DNA from: Octopus bimaculoides
Lineage: Eukaryota
Direction: 5' to 3'
Length of the DNA: 64,000 nucleotides
NCBI RefSeq assembly: GCF_001194135.2
Contig: NC_068982.1
Location: 29,404,054-29,468,053, forward strand
The notes under the pieces are model-generated. The model did no database searches, was not told the DNA's origin, and saw only the letters and a list, made by a program, of their open reading frames with translations. Positions 1 to 12,045 of this stretch are shown here, piece by piece; within the stretch, counting starts at the first letter, position 1, and the number at the start of each line of letters is the position of its first letter. The position numbers were made by a program, and so were the translations under genes.

Positions 1-721
1 ATGTTATTGTTATTCTTAGTTTCAATATGGCAGTTATAATTCTGTAGTGACATTATTCTAATGCAAAAATCGAATTCTTGTACTAACATCCAGCCATATT
101 TCAAAGTCCATTCATAGTTTTCTTCATATGTACATTTATTTATCAGAATCTGAATAAATATTTCATAAAATTCAAAATAAAGTTTAGTAACTTCAGAATT
201 TTCAATTATTTACAAACTTATTAATATTATTGATTATTCTTCTTCCTAACATGGTTCTGCATATACTATTGCTTGTTCTGTTTGTAACTGTTTCATGTAC
301 AACACAATTTTAGCTTTTATTTTTTAAAAAATATTCAAATGATAGATTTGAAGAAGCTCCCCATAATTTAAACAGTGTCAGAATAAATATGACACCTTGA
401 AATGAAGCATACTTTCTAAAATATCAGCTTCACACTACATCTTAGTTTTAATTCACGCATCATCAAAGTGGCAGTAGCTAGCTTTTATAGAATTAATAAA
501 ATATGAATGTTATTATGTTCCCACTTGTGAAATGTCTCAATGATTAAAAAGCCTGTACTGGGAAGCTTTTTAATATTGTTTTAACATTGGGTTAACTTTG
601 CATTAATGACAAACTTCTGGGAAGAAAAGCAAAGAAGTTTAAATGGAAAATGTAAATTTATAAATAAATGATTGCATTATCAATTATGGGCTTGAACAAA
701 GTAATATGAACAATTTTATTG

Positions 722-865
722 CTGGTTGTGTGGCTAAGAAGCTTGCTTTGTTGTGACATGGATTTGGGTACAGTCCCACAGTCTGCCACCTTGGGCAAGT
801 GTCTTCTACTAGAGCTCTTGGCTGACCAATGCTCTATGATTGAATTTGGTTGCCAGAAATAATGA
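722..865 (+). mobile_element. tRNA-headed SINE 5' module (family B)
   Basis: GTGTGG-TAAGAAGCTTGCT...GGGTACAGTCCCAC...CCTTGGGCAAGTGTCTTCTACTA recurs in diverged form at about 38000, 39140, 50810, 53435, 57245 (+) and 18060, 41095, 44075, 47535, 57830 (-); A/B-box-like head. Confidence 0.75.
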
Positions 866-1224
866 GGTAGTTTGCCTGTCTGTCTGTCACTCACATATAT
901 ACATACATGCATACATACATACATACATACATACATATGCAGTGGTTTACGTTTTGTTCCTTGGTTGTGTTGCTGTTGATGTTGTGGCCAGCCATGTTTT
1001 TTGTAGTAACCCTGCATGATAAGTTCAAGTTCCAGTTGAAAATCACAACAATCATGAATAAAATGTTTCCTCAGTCAATTCATCTGAAGATTAACCAGTT
1101 ACTTAACAGGGCTGATAGTTGTGGCTCCAAAGTTGGAGGTAGTCTTCATTGTATTTTCAATAAATAGTCTCCCATGCCAAATACACAGCTTATTGCTTTG
1201 ATTTCCTATGTATGTATGTATCAT

Positions 1225-2020
1225 TAAATTCATGCCCAAAGAAGCTGCACAACTCTACCGCAATCTATCAGATGAAAGGATGAGCATATATGAACAGAAG
1301 ACCATGCATGGATATGTTAGTAGAAAGCTCAGAGATGATATTAACAATGATCACCAAAGCAGTTTATCATGGACCAACAACTAGATTACTACCCCCCATT
1401 TTGAAGGGTATGCATTTGCAATCCAGGAACAGGAAATATCAATCAAATACCTGCTGCACAAAAGGGACAGAGATGCAGGAAAAGCAGTAAAATGTGACAA
1501 CCAATACAAACTTAGTAGAGTTAATGCTGAAGATATTACCCACATTATAAGCAGCTGTTCCAAAATATCATCATGATATTATCTACTGATGAGACATGGT
1601 GTTGTAGCTAGGACACTGTATAATGAGATCTATTGAAAGGATAACTCCAAGGACAAAGAAATAAGAACCCACTTTATGGTGGAAGCCATAGCCACTCATA
1701 ATAAGGAGTACTGGTGAAATATCCCAGTGAAAAGCCTCCATAAAATGTAAGCACAACAGACCTGATATAATGATTTGGAGAAACTGTGTACAGTTGCAGA
1801 AATACACGTCACCTTACTGTACTCAAGAATACCTGTCCTCCACAGCTGAGGTGTTAAGATTGCATCCTCTGGTGAAGAGGATTAGCCAGCTAGAGTCTTG
1901 TGCCAGTGCCATTAGAAAAGCACTCATGTTGGTGCTACATAGAAGTGCTCAAAGCTGTGCTATGTTAAAAGTACCCAGCACACACTATAAAGTGGTTAGC
2001 ATTAGGATTGGAATTCAGCC
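1225..2020 (+). mobile_element. Decayed RLE-type (R4/Dong-like) non-LTR retrotransposon, 3' part
   Basis: Hand translation gives AEDITHIISSCSKISS*YYLLMRHGVVARTLYNEI (about 1526-1631, zinc-knuckle region) and KCKHNRPDIMIW (1743-1778, RPD of the restriction-like endonuclease); homologous to 49183-49865; stops and frameshifts present. Confidence 0.8.
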
Positions 2021-2161
2021 ATAGAAACCAAGAACCTGGTGCAGCTCTCCAGCTTGTTAGCTCAGATCAAACCATCCTACCCATGCCAGCATGGAAAATG
2101 GATGTTAAAGGATGATGCTGATAATGATATTGAATACAACTAAAAAAAATACTTCACACAA

Positions 2162-2403
2162 TTTAACTCTTTTGGTATAAATCCACTTGGGGCCAGCCCT
2201 TGTTTTATGATGTAACTTACTGTTTTATAGACGTCTAAATTTAAAAAAAAAGAAAACCTTTTCACAAAATTCCATGTTAATTAATGTTTCAAACACCAGG
2301 TTAACAATTACAAAATTATTTTACTCAAATTTTCATTATTTTAAGAATTAATTGAAACAAAAGCAATGCATTTTGACAAAAATATAGTAATAAAAAAGAT
2401 TAG
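2162..2403. mobile_element. Degenerate MITE with TTAA-CCCTTT-like ends (piggyBac-like)
   Basis: Left end TTAACTCTTTTGGTATA, right end TAGTAATAAAAAAGATTAG; imperfect inverted termini similar to the element at 36603. Confidence 0.35.
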
Positions 2404-2590
2404 ATATTTTCATAAACAAAATGTTGTTTTGTTAATGAATTGCTCGTTATTGTAAATGTACATTAATTAATAAGTAAACAAATGGCTGTACACAGACAAA
2501 TACACTCAAGCTCAAAGATACATAGACTCATCTGTATAATTTAGGAAACTACTAAAGAATTTGAGGTGTCATATTATTGCTATTAATATT

Positions 2591-3018
2591 CTTTTCTACT
2601 CTAGGCACAAGGCCCGAAATTTTGGGGGAGGGGGTCAGTCGATTAGACCTACCCCAGTATGCAACTGGTACCTAATTTATTGATCCCAAAAGGATGAAAG
2701 GCAAAGTTGACCATGACAAAATTTGAACTCAGAACGTAAAGACATGAAATACCGCTAAGCATTTTGGCCAACGTGCTAACGTTTCTTATTTCTTTACTGC
2801 CCACAAGGGGCTACACACAGAGGGGACAAACAAGGACAGACAAACGGATTAAGTTGATTATATCGACCCCAGTGCGTAACTGGTACTTATTTAATCGACC
2901 CCGAAAGGACGAAAGACAAAATCAACCTCGGCGGAATTTGTACTCTGAACGTAGCGGCAGACGAAATACCGCTAAGCATTTCGCCCGGCATGCTAACGTT
3001 TCTGCCAGCTCTCTGCCT
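2591..3018 (-). mobile_element. Dimeric tRNA-headed SINE (family A), copy 1
   Basis: Two related monomers in tandem, flanked by the 19-bp direct repeat TATTATTGCTATTAATATT (2572-2590 and 3019-3037); same architecture at 58469-58899. Confidence 0.85.
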
Positions 3019-3049
3019 TATTATTGCTATTAATATTATGGCTATTTCT

Positions 3050-3195
3050 TTAAGGTGGTGAGCTGGCAGAGTCATTAGCATGCTATGCAAAATGTTGCTA
3101 AGCATTTTGTCTGTCTTCCCATTTTGAGTTCAAATTCTGTCGAGATTGATTTTTCCTTTCATCCTTTCAAGGTCAATAAAATAAGTACCAGCTAC
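3050..3195 (+). mobile_element. Family A SINE monomer (3'-truncated)
   Basis: GGTGGTGAGCTGGCAGA...GAGTTCAAATTCTG...CCTTTCATCCTTT...AATAAGTACCAG matches the reverse complement of 2880-3018. Confidence 0.8.
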
Positions 3196-3489
3196 ACACA
3201 CATGTCACTTAGTGAGATCATACTTGAAGCCATGTGATTTGAAAGCATGAGTTTGTGAATCAAACTTCTTGTAGCAATTTGTCCCTTTTGCCACCAGCTT
3301 CTAATATTTTTGTCTCTACAACTAGCTCTATGGGATCATATTTTTCAGGTACAAATACATCTAACCTTTTCCTATCTTTTATATTAATGAATCATGAAAT
3401 TACTTCCCCTGCTGGAGATGTATAGTTAGTTGCAGGTTTAGTTTACACTGGAAATCATTAAATTTTAACTTCTGAGTGTAAACTCTTAA

Positions 3490-3930
3490 GATACAAGAAA
3501 GTGAGTATAAAGAAAAATATGGAATGAGGATGGGAAGGTGTTGGTTCATAGGAGTGTGAGAGGAGAGTGAAAGGTGGTTAGAGATAAGAGTAGAGGTTAA
3601 TGTATGAATGATGAACAGGGTGGAGATGTAGCCAAGGGTACATTTCAGTATGGGGGAGAAGGTAAAAGAAATAACTCATGAAAGAAGTGATACATGGCCA
3701 TAAAGGAAGAGTGGAAAATTACAATAAACTTGTAGATAGACCAGAAAATAGAGAAAGCTTGAAGATAGATCAGACGGAAAAATCCTTTGTTGTTTCTAGA
3801 GTAAAAAATTATTTTAGTTTCAAACAAAATTTGCTTTGTTGGTGATACCTCCCTCACCAAGAGAAATATGCATAGTAGAAGTTCACAGACAACTTTAGAC
3901 TTTAACATGAAGACTTTGAACATAATAATA
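3490..3930 (-). repeat. Purine-rich dispersed repeat relic, homologous to 5440-5700
   Basis: Shared GTAGAGGTTAATGT..TGAAT.ATG and GGAGAAGGTAAAA..AATA segments. Confidence 0.45.
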
Positions 3931-4830
3931 TAAAGTGGAAGACAAATGCTTCTATAGCTCTCAAAATTATTTTCTAAATTTGCCTTATCATAAAGAGATC
4001 ATAAAACTGATGAATTATCATCAGAAATAAATCCTATAAAGCATATTAATCTATATTAATTGCATTCTTGTATCCATAACAGAAGAAATAAAATTGCTTA
4101 TTTTGGATGTATATATTTTCCTATGTGTTTCTTTCAATAGATGATACCGGTTTTATGATATATGATTTCAAATAGCATGAAATATAGCTTATATCACATA
4201 CTACCACAAAGCAAAGTAGTATATCAAATAATACAATAGAAATTCTTTTACTGCCTTTTACAGAAGTATGATGCATACATTAAACTTCAGCTTGATAGAG
4301 TATTAAAAGTTAAGTACAGAAAATAAAATTGATCAGATAGCATAAAGCAATAAATTAAAGGAAAGTAACTGAATGATGTGTGTTAGATATATGCACTTGG
4401 CATCAGAGGTTTTCTGATCATTCATTCATTTTGAATGCATATAACTATAATGCTATAGTAAAACCTGTTTATAAATCAGCTTGCTCTTGTTAATAAATAC
4501 TAAAATCTGAATCCTGAATAGAGGCTTCAATTGCATTGAGGAAGGTGGTGTACCATCGATGAGGCATTGAGGATAACTACTTAGTAGTCATGTTAGATAA
4601 GATATTCCTGCAGATTGAGAACAAAAGAACAGTGGCAGTGTTTTGCTTAGCGTCTTGGGAGATTTGTGCTCTTGAGCTGTTATATTACCAAACTATATCA
4701 ATCAGTGATTTAATTTTAAAGGACAGATTCAGCTGTATAAAGATTAAAGTTCTTCAGTGTATACCTGTTTCATTTGAATATCATATAACTGAATTCATTC
4801 TAAATCTGGCTGACACAACTGTATGGAAAA

Positions 4831-4960
4831 CTACCACCACCACCACCACCACCACTGCCACCACCACTGCCACCGCCNNNNNNNNNNNNNNNNNNNNNNN
4901 NNCCACCACCACCACCGCCGCCGCCGCCGCCGCCACCACAATCACCATTATCATCAGCAG
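4831..4960. repeat. (ACC)n/(GCC)n compound trinucleotide repeat spanning a gap
   Basis: Direct reading; explains the poly-T/A/G ORFs 4590..4982 and 4800..5024. Confidence 0.95.
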
Positions 4961-4974
4961 TAGCAGCTGTATTT

Positions 4975-5130
4975 ATTGTTGATCTGTCATGCTGGCATGG
5001 GTTCGATAATTCAACAAGATCCAATGAGATGGAGGACAGGGCTGAATGGCAATGTCTGCTTTTGTATGGTTTCTACAGCTGGATGTCCTTTCTAATGCTA
5101 ACCACTCTACAGAGTGTGTTGGGTGCTTTT
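4975..5130 (-). mobile_element. Family D 3' module (CCATGCCAGCATG...ATG tail)
   Basis: CATGCTGGCATGGGTT...TTTCTACAGCTGGATGTCCTTTCTAATGC matches 59706-59885 and the reverse complement of 42835-42975. Confidence 0.7.
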
Positions 5131-5289
5131 TTTCATGAAAGTGACACCAGTGAAGTTTTCATATAACATGCAAAGCAAAGAAAAAGAAGTGGACCCCTCA
5201 ACTGCATGGAGTAGTAGCTGATAGGGAGGTGGATTTATGCCAGGTGTTGAGAGACTAAAGTATGAAAGAGGGACAGACATAGGGGTCTT

Positions 5290-6100
5290 GCTATAGAAGA
5301 GGTATATGGCTACCTCACATTATATAAAAGTGGGTGATAGTAGTTGGAAAGAAGATAAAGATCTTGTGATGAGGTATCAGAGCATATATACTCTCAATGC
5401 ATAAGAAGAGTAGAAGAGAGAATACAGTCTGAGTATGAGGAGATGTAGGTGGATAAATTCATTGGATAGAGATGAGGGTAGAGGTTAATGTGGTGAATAA
5501 TGTATATGGGGTAAAGTGTGGAGAAGGTAAAATAAATAGGTCAGGAAGGAGAGGGTGGTAAGTGGTAGTGTAGGAAGAGTGGTGAGCAAAAGTGTAATAA
5601 ATCTGTAGGTAGATCAGAAAATAGGGAGATGATGTGTAGGCAGGAGAATATTGGTGAAAGAGATATACAAGGACAGAGACAGAAGTCAAAGTTATGTCAT
5701 GGTGGCTTTAGTGACTGGGAAACAATGGTGGGTTGGGAACATTGATGGTAGATATGAGAAGGTATTGAAAGTGCGAGTAGACATGAGTGTGTGTTAAAGA
5801 TGAGGATGGTAGTCTTAAGATATAGCTTAGGGGAGAGATAGAAATACCTGAAGGCACAGAAAGTGGTGAACAGTGGAAAATAAAGTGGAAAGAGGATCTA
5901 TTGAGAATGGGGAATGGATGTTAAAGGAAGTGGTTCCAGGGAAACTGGGAGGTAACCAGTAGCATAAAGGGGAAGAAATAGGTGTCGATTTGGTTATCAT
6001 ATGATTACAGCAGCTGAATAGTACCATTGCTAGAAGAATGATAAAGCGGTGTGTGTTGGGAAGGTGAGAGGTAGGGAAAACTTGACTGGAACAAAATGAG
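5290..6100 (-). mobile_element. Highly decayed retroelement relic, possibly Penelope-like
   Basis: Minus-strand fragments AM(GT)-like, KST and YLPVSLEPLPLTSIPHSQ resemble the Penelope RT motifs AMGT and KPTD..YL...S.HP....SIPYSQ; needs frameshifts, so assignment is weak. Confidence 0.35.
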
Positions 6101-6159
6101 TGCAGAAGTAGGGGGCAGTAAGGATATTGACATAAATCTAATGCTTTTAGGACCTTGCT

Positions 6160-6500
6160 TTCTCTGTGATAAATGGATTTTATCAAGCATAGCAACATGC
6201 CAATCATCTCAGTCTCTTCTCATCTTTTCCCTAAAGCTCAACACTTTGAGATCAGCATTCACTACTTTATCCCAAGTCTTCCTGGATTTCCTTCTTCCAT
6301 TTTAAAGTGATTAGTACTTCTGTATACAGCTGTCATCATCCAGTCACATCACATGACCATACCAGCACAGCCTTCTCTCATGCAAACTACATCTGATTTT
6401 TCACATTCCCAATTTTTCTTTTAACACATTTGCACTCTGTCGTACATGCACAGGAAGGGATTGCATGTCCATTGAAGCATACTAGCTTAATTCCTTTCTA
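6160..6500 (-). mobile_element. RTE-clade LINE 3' end relic
   Basis: Minus frame GRRKSRKTWDKVVNADLKVLSFREKMRRD*DDW resembles the RTE GRPRKTW..V..DL.........DR..W terminus. Confidence 0.6.
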
Positions 6501-6559
6501 TTTTTTGCATGTCCTCTACATTCGGTATTATACCCCGCCTCTCTCTCTCCACATATATA

Positions 6560-6561
6560 TA

Positions 6562-6596
<35 letters not shown>

Positions 6597-6810
6597 AGTG
6601 TCTTCACATTGATGTTGTTGATGTTTATGTCTCCCTCAATCAACATTTTCCACAGCTTGGCACTTTCATCAGTTTAGATGTATGAAGACTGGTGAAATGA
6701 AAAATGTTTCCTGAAAGGCAAGTAAGAGTTGCTAACAGGAAGGGCATCCAGCCATAGACTATTGCCACAATAAGTCTCTTCTAACCCATGTCAGCATGGA
6801 AAAAGAATAC
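6560..6810 (+). mobile_element. (TG)n plus family D-like SINE tail
   Basis: AGGAAGGGCATCCAGCCATAGA...AACCCATGTCAGCATGGAAAA follows a (TG)n tract. Confidence 0.6.
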
Positions 6811-8629
6811 ATAAAAAAAAAACCAATAAAAATCATTATTAGCTCTCGTGACGATATATTTGCAACATTATTAGCTTTAATCATTCAGTTAAGGATGAAA
6901 AGAAACATTAAACCATTCTGGAATGGTTTCTGAAGTAAAAGAATCCATTTCAAAACATTGACATTCTTAATCAATATAGAAGAATATTTAGAAACACAAT
7001 GCTGCTTTATAAAATAGAAAGATACCAAAAGCCAAGAATCTTTTTATGAATAGATAAAGAATTTGATGCCCCAATACTATTTTCTAGAATTAAAAAGCAG
7101 GTGCATTAAGTTTAAACAATAGATTAAATTCAAAGAAGAGAGAGAAAATAGATCTAATAGGTGTTGTAGAATAAAACAAATAAGTAAAGTAAGTATTGTC
7201 TATTAAAAATTTAATCGATTTTACCCTTTCTTCAGCTTCTAAAAAGAATCTAATCGTAAATTATTATGATTTTTACCTAAGTTTATTGATTCCATTTATT
7301 TCTCTCTTCAGAGCAAAAGCATCCATAGAACTGGAAATTTATTCTGGAGAACAGTAGACTAGGCAGATGAATAAAAAGCGCTGGGTAATTATTGATTTTT
7401 TAAAGTAAACAATCACTATTTATCACTATTGATTTTTAATTGGCAACATTTCTTTATTTCTCTTTGGTTCTGGATGATTATTCAACCTCGAGCGTTTGGA
7501 AACTTTGTAAGTACAAATATCAATTCAGTAATAATGTTCTTTGATGGCTGATTGCTTTCTACCAGATCTGAAATGTATTACACTGTTTCTCAGTTTTTCT
7601 TTTCTTTTTTTTTGTTTGTTTGTTATTAAAGTGCAACTTTAAAGGTAGTTTAGTTTCTACCTTCATTTCTTTTTGTTGAACTCAGTTAACAATTAATACA
7701 CTTTTTTTTTCCTGAGTTACTCTCAAATAATGCATCACTGTAATAGTTTTTAACATTATAAAGATTTAAATGAGAGAGCTTTTATAATTAGTAAAAAAAA
7801 AACCCAAAATATAAAAAAATACACATGATGGAAAATAATTCAGGATTTGGTTTAATGCAATTAAATTTTCAATAAATACATCATAGGTTGATTGTTATGA
7901 TTCATTGTTTTCATATTTTGGTCAGAAAGATTTATGTAAATAAAGGTTTCTATTTCAATGTCATTATGAAACTAACAATGGAGGAAACTGAATACCACAT
8001 GTAATAGGAAGTTTCCTTTCAAAATATTAGACAAAAACCAAAAAAAAAAAAAAAAAAAAAGGAAATCTATTTAATCTATTTACAAAAGTTTTGTTTTTAA
8101 TATATACCCAGCCCAAACAAATATTTTAATGGCAATTATCTAAGAGGAACTTTTCAGCAACAGTTTGCTTTTTATTTACATTATTTACATTTTCATTTCT
8201 GATTCTACTAATATGAAAGGATAAACCTACAACTTCACAGCATTAAATATTACTGATTCCATATTCATCGATATGTGGTATCCTGAAGTCTATTGCATAC
8301 ACCACTGTTCAATATGTTTAACCGTAAGATTTAATAGTACTTTCTGAATATTTGCTCATTAAAGAGACAGTTTTTCTTTATTAGCATGAAAAAAAAAATT
8401 TCGTTAGTCCATGCTATTGATTTATTTACTTATTTTGCAATATTGAAATTTCAAGCTGAAAATTGCTAGAATATTGTTTGGAAATAAATTCTAATTTAAA
8501 ACAGTGCACACTTGACTAAATTTCTAGTACCTGGTTTAGAATAGATGACAGAACAATAGTTGTACACTATTGGCAATATGATAATATGGTATTTGCCCTT
8601 CATGTTTCTGAAAATAACCAGATTAGCAC

Positions 8630-8853
8630 CTTTATTCTTTGCAGGACCTGAAGTGGTTTATTAGGCTAGTATTGGCATAAAATCTCTGGTTACAGTGGGG
8701 GCATATTACAGCAGAATCAGGACCTGGTAGATGTCTTGCATTCCATGTAGCCCTCCTCTCCTTAATTTCTCTGATCATTTCTGACTCTGAGAAATATACT
8801 CCAGAGTACACAGCACTTTGTCACATTGAGCAATCTTGAGCAAGATGTTCTCA
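8630..8853 (-). mobile_element. RTE (BovB-like) LINE ORF C-terminus with zinc finger, pseudogenised
   Basis: Minus frame *EHLAQDCSM*QSAVYSGVYFSESEMIREIKERRATWNARHLPGPDSAVICPHCNQRFYANTSLINHFRSCKR; both TGA stops lie where RTE proteins have Trp (WE.LA.DR..WR); C-x2-C...H-x3-C finger. Confidence 0.75.
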
Positions 8854-9184
8854 AGTCGACTGCTCTAAGTTACAGAAATGGTAAATGGTTACAGCACAAA
8901 TGCAATTAATGTAAACTTGATAAAATAATATTCGTGATGCCTTATCTCTACTAAGTATAGAAGCAGATGCGTTACATAAGAGGACTTGATGAAAGGTCTT
9001 ACAATTAAAAAAGGTTGGAGAAAAGTTTTTAAATATGATAAAGTGGAAGTATATGAACATAGAAATTATTTTTCATCTTACTGTTAGTTTTGTTTCATTT
9101 TGAAAAGGAAAAGTTAAAATTTCTGTTATGGTTTGTTATTGTTTATATTTTGAATTACATATATATTGGGTCACCAAATTTTTT

Positions 9185-9330
9185 TGAATGGTTAGAGTCT
9201 CTATGGATCTTAATCCAGTCTTGCTTTCAGGGTTTATAAAATAAGTACCAGTTGAGCACTGGGGTTGATGTAATCAATTCAGCCCTTCCCCTAAACTTTC
9301 TGCCCTGGTGCCAAAATTTGAAAGCAATAT
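9185..9330 (+). mobile_element. Family A SINE, degenerate
   Basis: ATAAAATAAGTACCAGTTGAGCACTGGGGTTGATGTAATC...GTGCCAAAATTTGAAA. Confidence 0.65.
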
Positions 9331-11149
9331 ATGTCCCAAATACCAGATTAATAATAACAATGTTATTTTCCTAAATGACTTCACTATTTTCAAAACAAAT
9401 TGAAACAAAGTTGTGTATTCCATCATAAATATGGTAAAAAAAAGGGTTAAAACACAATTAAATTGGATTTTCACTGTGGTTAATAGGCTACAGAACATAC
9501 AACCAACTAAGAAACAATTTAGAGAAAAAAATGACATTTATTTTCCGATTTTGACAGTCCACTACTTAATTATTTACAAAATTCAAATTGTCCTGAATGG
9601 AAACTCTTAAATAAAATGATAATAGGTAATAATTTAAGCATTTTTTATTGCTTTATATCTCTGGTTTTGAGTTAAGTCCCTATTATTTATTACCTGTATT
9701 TCCCTAAAATAATGCTACAACATACTGCATGATATATTCACCTGCATCGCCAAAAGGAAATACATTTCATATGCATAGCAGCATCACAATATAACTTTAA
9801 ATTCTTGACAGCATTGTTATTATTTAATAATTGCTCCTGTTCTCTCTATAAATAGTTTACAATAAAAAGAAAAAGCAAATAATTGTTATGTAGCTTTCAA
9901 AGATAAATGAGACATTTCCACCCCGCTTGATAGGACATTTTATCACTTTTATGTACAAATGTATGTATGTATATGTGTGTTGTGTGTGTGCGTGCATGTG
10001 TGTGTGTGTATGTATGTAGTCATACATACACACATATGCATTTACACAATACATACATGCATACACAAATTCACATATTGTAATAGAGACAACTGTAGAG
10101 TCATCTGTATAACAAGTACCAATAGTTATCACAGTATATATATATATATATATATATATACTCTTTCTCATTTACTCTTTTATATATATATATATAAAAG
10201 AGTAAATGAGAAAGAGTATANNNNNNNNNNNNNNNNNNNNNNNNNNNNNNNNNNNNNNNNNNNNNNNNNNNNNNNNNNNNNNNNNNNNNNNNNNNNNNNN
10301 NNNNNNNNNNNNNNNNNNNNNNNNNNNNNNNNNNNNNNNNNNNNNNNNNNNNNNNNNNNNNNNNNNNTGTTGCTGCAGTTTTTCCCATTATCAACGAAGT
10401 ACTAACATCCATTTCTATTATGCAGCCATAGATTGGACAAACTGCCATATATCATATCACTGCTGGATCTGGCATTGTACACTAGCTTTTGTGTGACCCA
10501 ACTACTCAAAATCCAATCTAGTCACTTTTTCTATATCATCTTCTATGAGTCCTCTCCAAAGGCATCAAATGGTTCTTTTGTCCCCCAGGCACCTCCGTCT
10601 ATTTCCATATGAATGCAATCATCCTCCTACAAAGCATTGACTGATGCCTTTAATGTCCAGCTAGTCCAAAAGTTCATATGCCAATTAATATTACCCATTC
10701 AATGTATTATTATCTTTTCACCTCTTTCTAGCCTCCACAGAAATTTTGAATTCAGCATCCCTGTCTCTCTCTCAAACTGAATCAAGCTTCTTGCACAAAT
10801 TCCATCCAGTATATCTTTCACGAGAACAGAAATCCTTCATTACAATATCAATAAATTCACATATCTAATTCAAAGGGATTTGATCTCAAAACATACAGTG
10901 GAAGGGCCAGTACCAGGGTATTTAGTACTCTAGGCCAGTCCTACAATGTGAACCCTTTTCCCTAGCTCTATACAGGCCATCAACTCCCAGTTCTATAATA
11001 TGCACCTTTTCTCCTAACCCTACAATGACCTCCTTACTTCATCCAGCTTCCCATTTTATGGCCCCTTTAACATTTTTTCCACAAATTCCTCCAGTCATCA
11101 ACCACTTTACACCAGTTAAAAATGCAGTGCAAAAAAAAATTATAATTAA

Positions 11150-11360
11150 CCTGTGTGCAATAATTCTAGTTTGCACAAAGAAAATGCAAACTACATAAGT
11201 CCAGAGCCAACTCCTTGCCTTCTGTCTCAACAGACCACCGATGCCAAACCTGCAACAGAGCCTTCCGGACATGCATCAGACTGATTGGCCACAGCTGGCC
11301 ACACTGTACCCCATATTCTTCTCCTTAGTCATCACCGACAACGATGGACAAACTAAATGT
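11150..11360 (+). mobile_element. RTE (BovB-like) LINE 3' end
   Basis: KLHKSRANSLPSVSTDHRCQTCNRAFRTCIRLIGHSWPHC zinc-finger relic followed by GTCATCACCGACAACGATGGACAAAC; related copy at 33545-33690. Confidence 0.7.
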
Positions 11361-11964
11361 AACATAACATTATTATGACACATGCCATTAAGTAAATCTC
11401 TTACATGGGAAACTTTGAAATGCTTCATGTCAAATCATATAACAAGTCATAAGGCCACCTGACCCCTAATATGTCACACTTCATCCCAACCCTATCCTCC
11501 ATCCTTCTACGGTTCAAGAGAAACCTCTCCTGCTCTCTTCGTTGATGAGTGATTTTCTGTCTTTAGGTGGATTGAGAAATTTTAGGTTGTTCAGAATTTA
11601 TGCAATCTTATTATATATTAGTGCATTCGGTAACTACCTAGTTGATTTAATATGTAATACTGACTCGACATAGAGCTGGAACAAATACTGACATTGTAGC
11701 AACTATATGGATACACTGCCTTATTAAAAAGTCATTTAGCAGCCAAAAGTATCTCCTTTCCTTCCAACTGTATAATACGTTTGTCTCCTTGAACTTTGCT
11801 CAATCGACCTTCTTCCTCTGCTTGCTCCAGATGGTAGCTAACAGTATTTCTGAAGTCAATACAGACATGCATTTTTACTGTAAACATCTTTAACAACAGT
11901 CAGTATAGCAAAGCTCTCTGAAAACTATACTACACTGTTCAATGTGTCCTATTTATAAGATAAT

Positions 11965-12045
11965 AAACCGAGTGTGATTTGAGAGACATTTTGGCTGCTA
12001 TTTCTAGCAACTCATGTAACTATGCAGACGCAGGATTTTATATGC
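11965..12045 (-). repeat. Short dispersed repeat (family E; TAGAAATAGCAGCCAAAT core)
   Basis: The same core recurs near 36120-36360, 43020-43090, 54370-54440 and 62470-62600. Confidence 0.55.

Noticed and set aside
4264-4308. Possible + exon KYDAYIKLQLDRVLK after a TTTTACAG acceptor
   Set aside because: Donor is ambiguous, no phase-compatible neighbour, no recognisable homology
7237-7506. Acceptor and donor motifs suggesting exons (TTCAG|AGCAAAAGC..., AAACTTT|GTAAGT)
   Set aside because: All frames after the acceptor hit stops, and the donor-proximal frame has no upstream AG or usable ATG chain
8241-8323. Possible + exon LNITDSIFIDMWYPEVYCIHHCSICLT
   Set aside because: Cannot be chained to neighbours; the apparent next exon is an antisense RTE relic
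8645-8880. Apparent + exon with strong TTTTGCAG acceptor
   Set aside because: Closed in all plus frames; it is the antisense of an RTE LINE C-terminus
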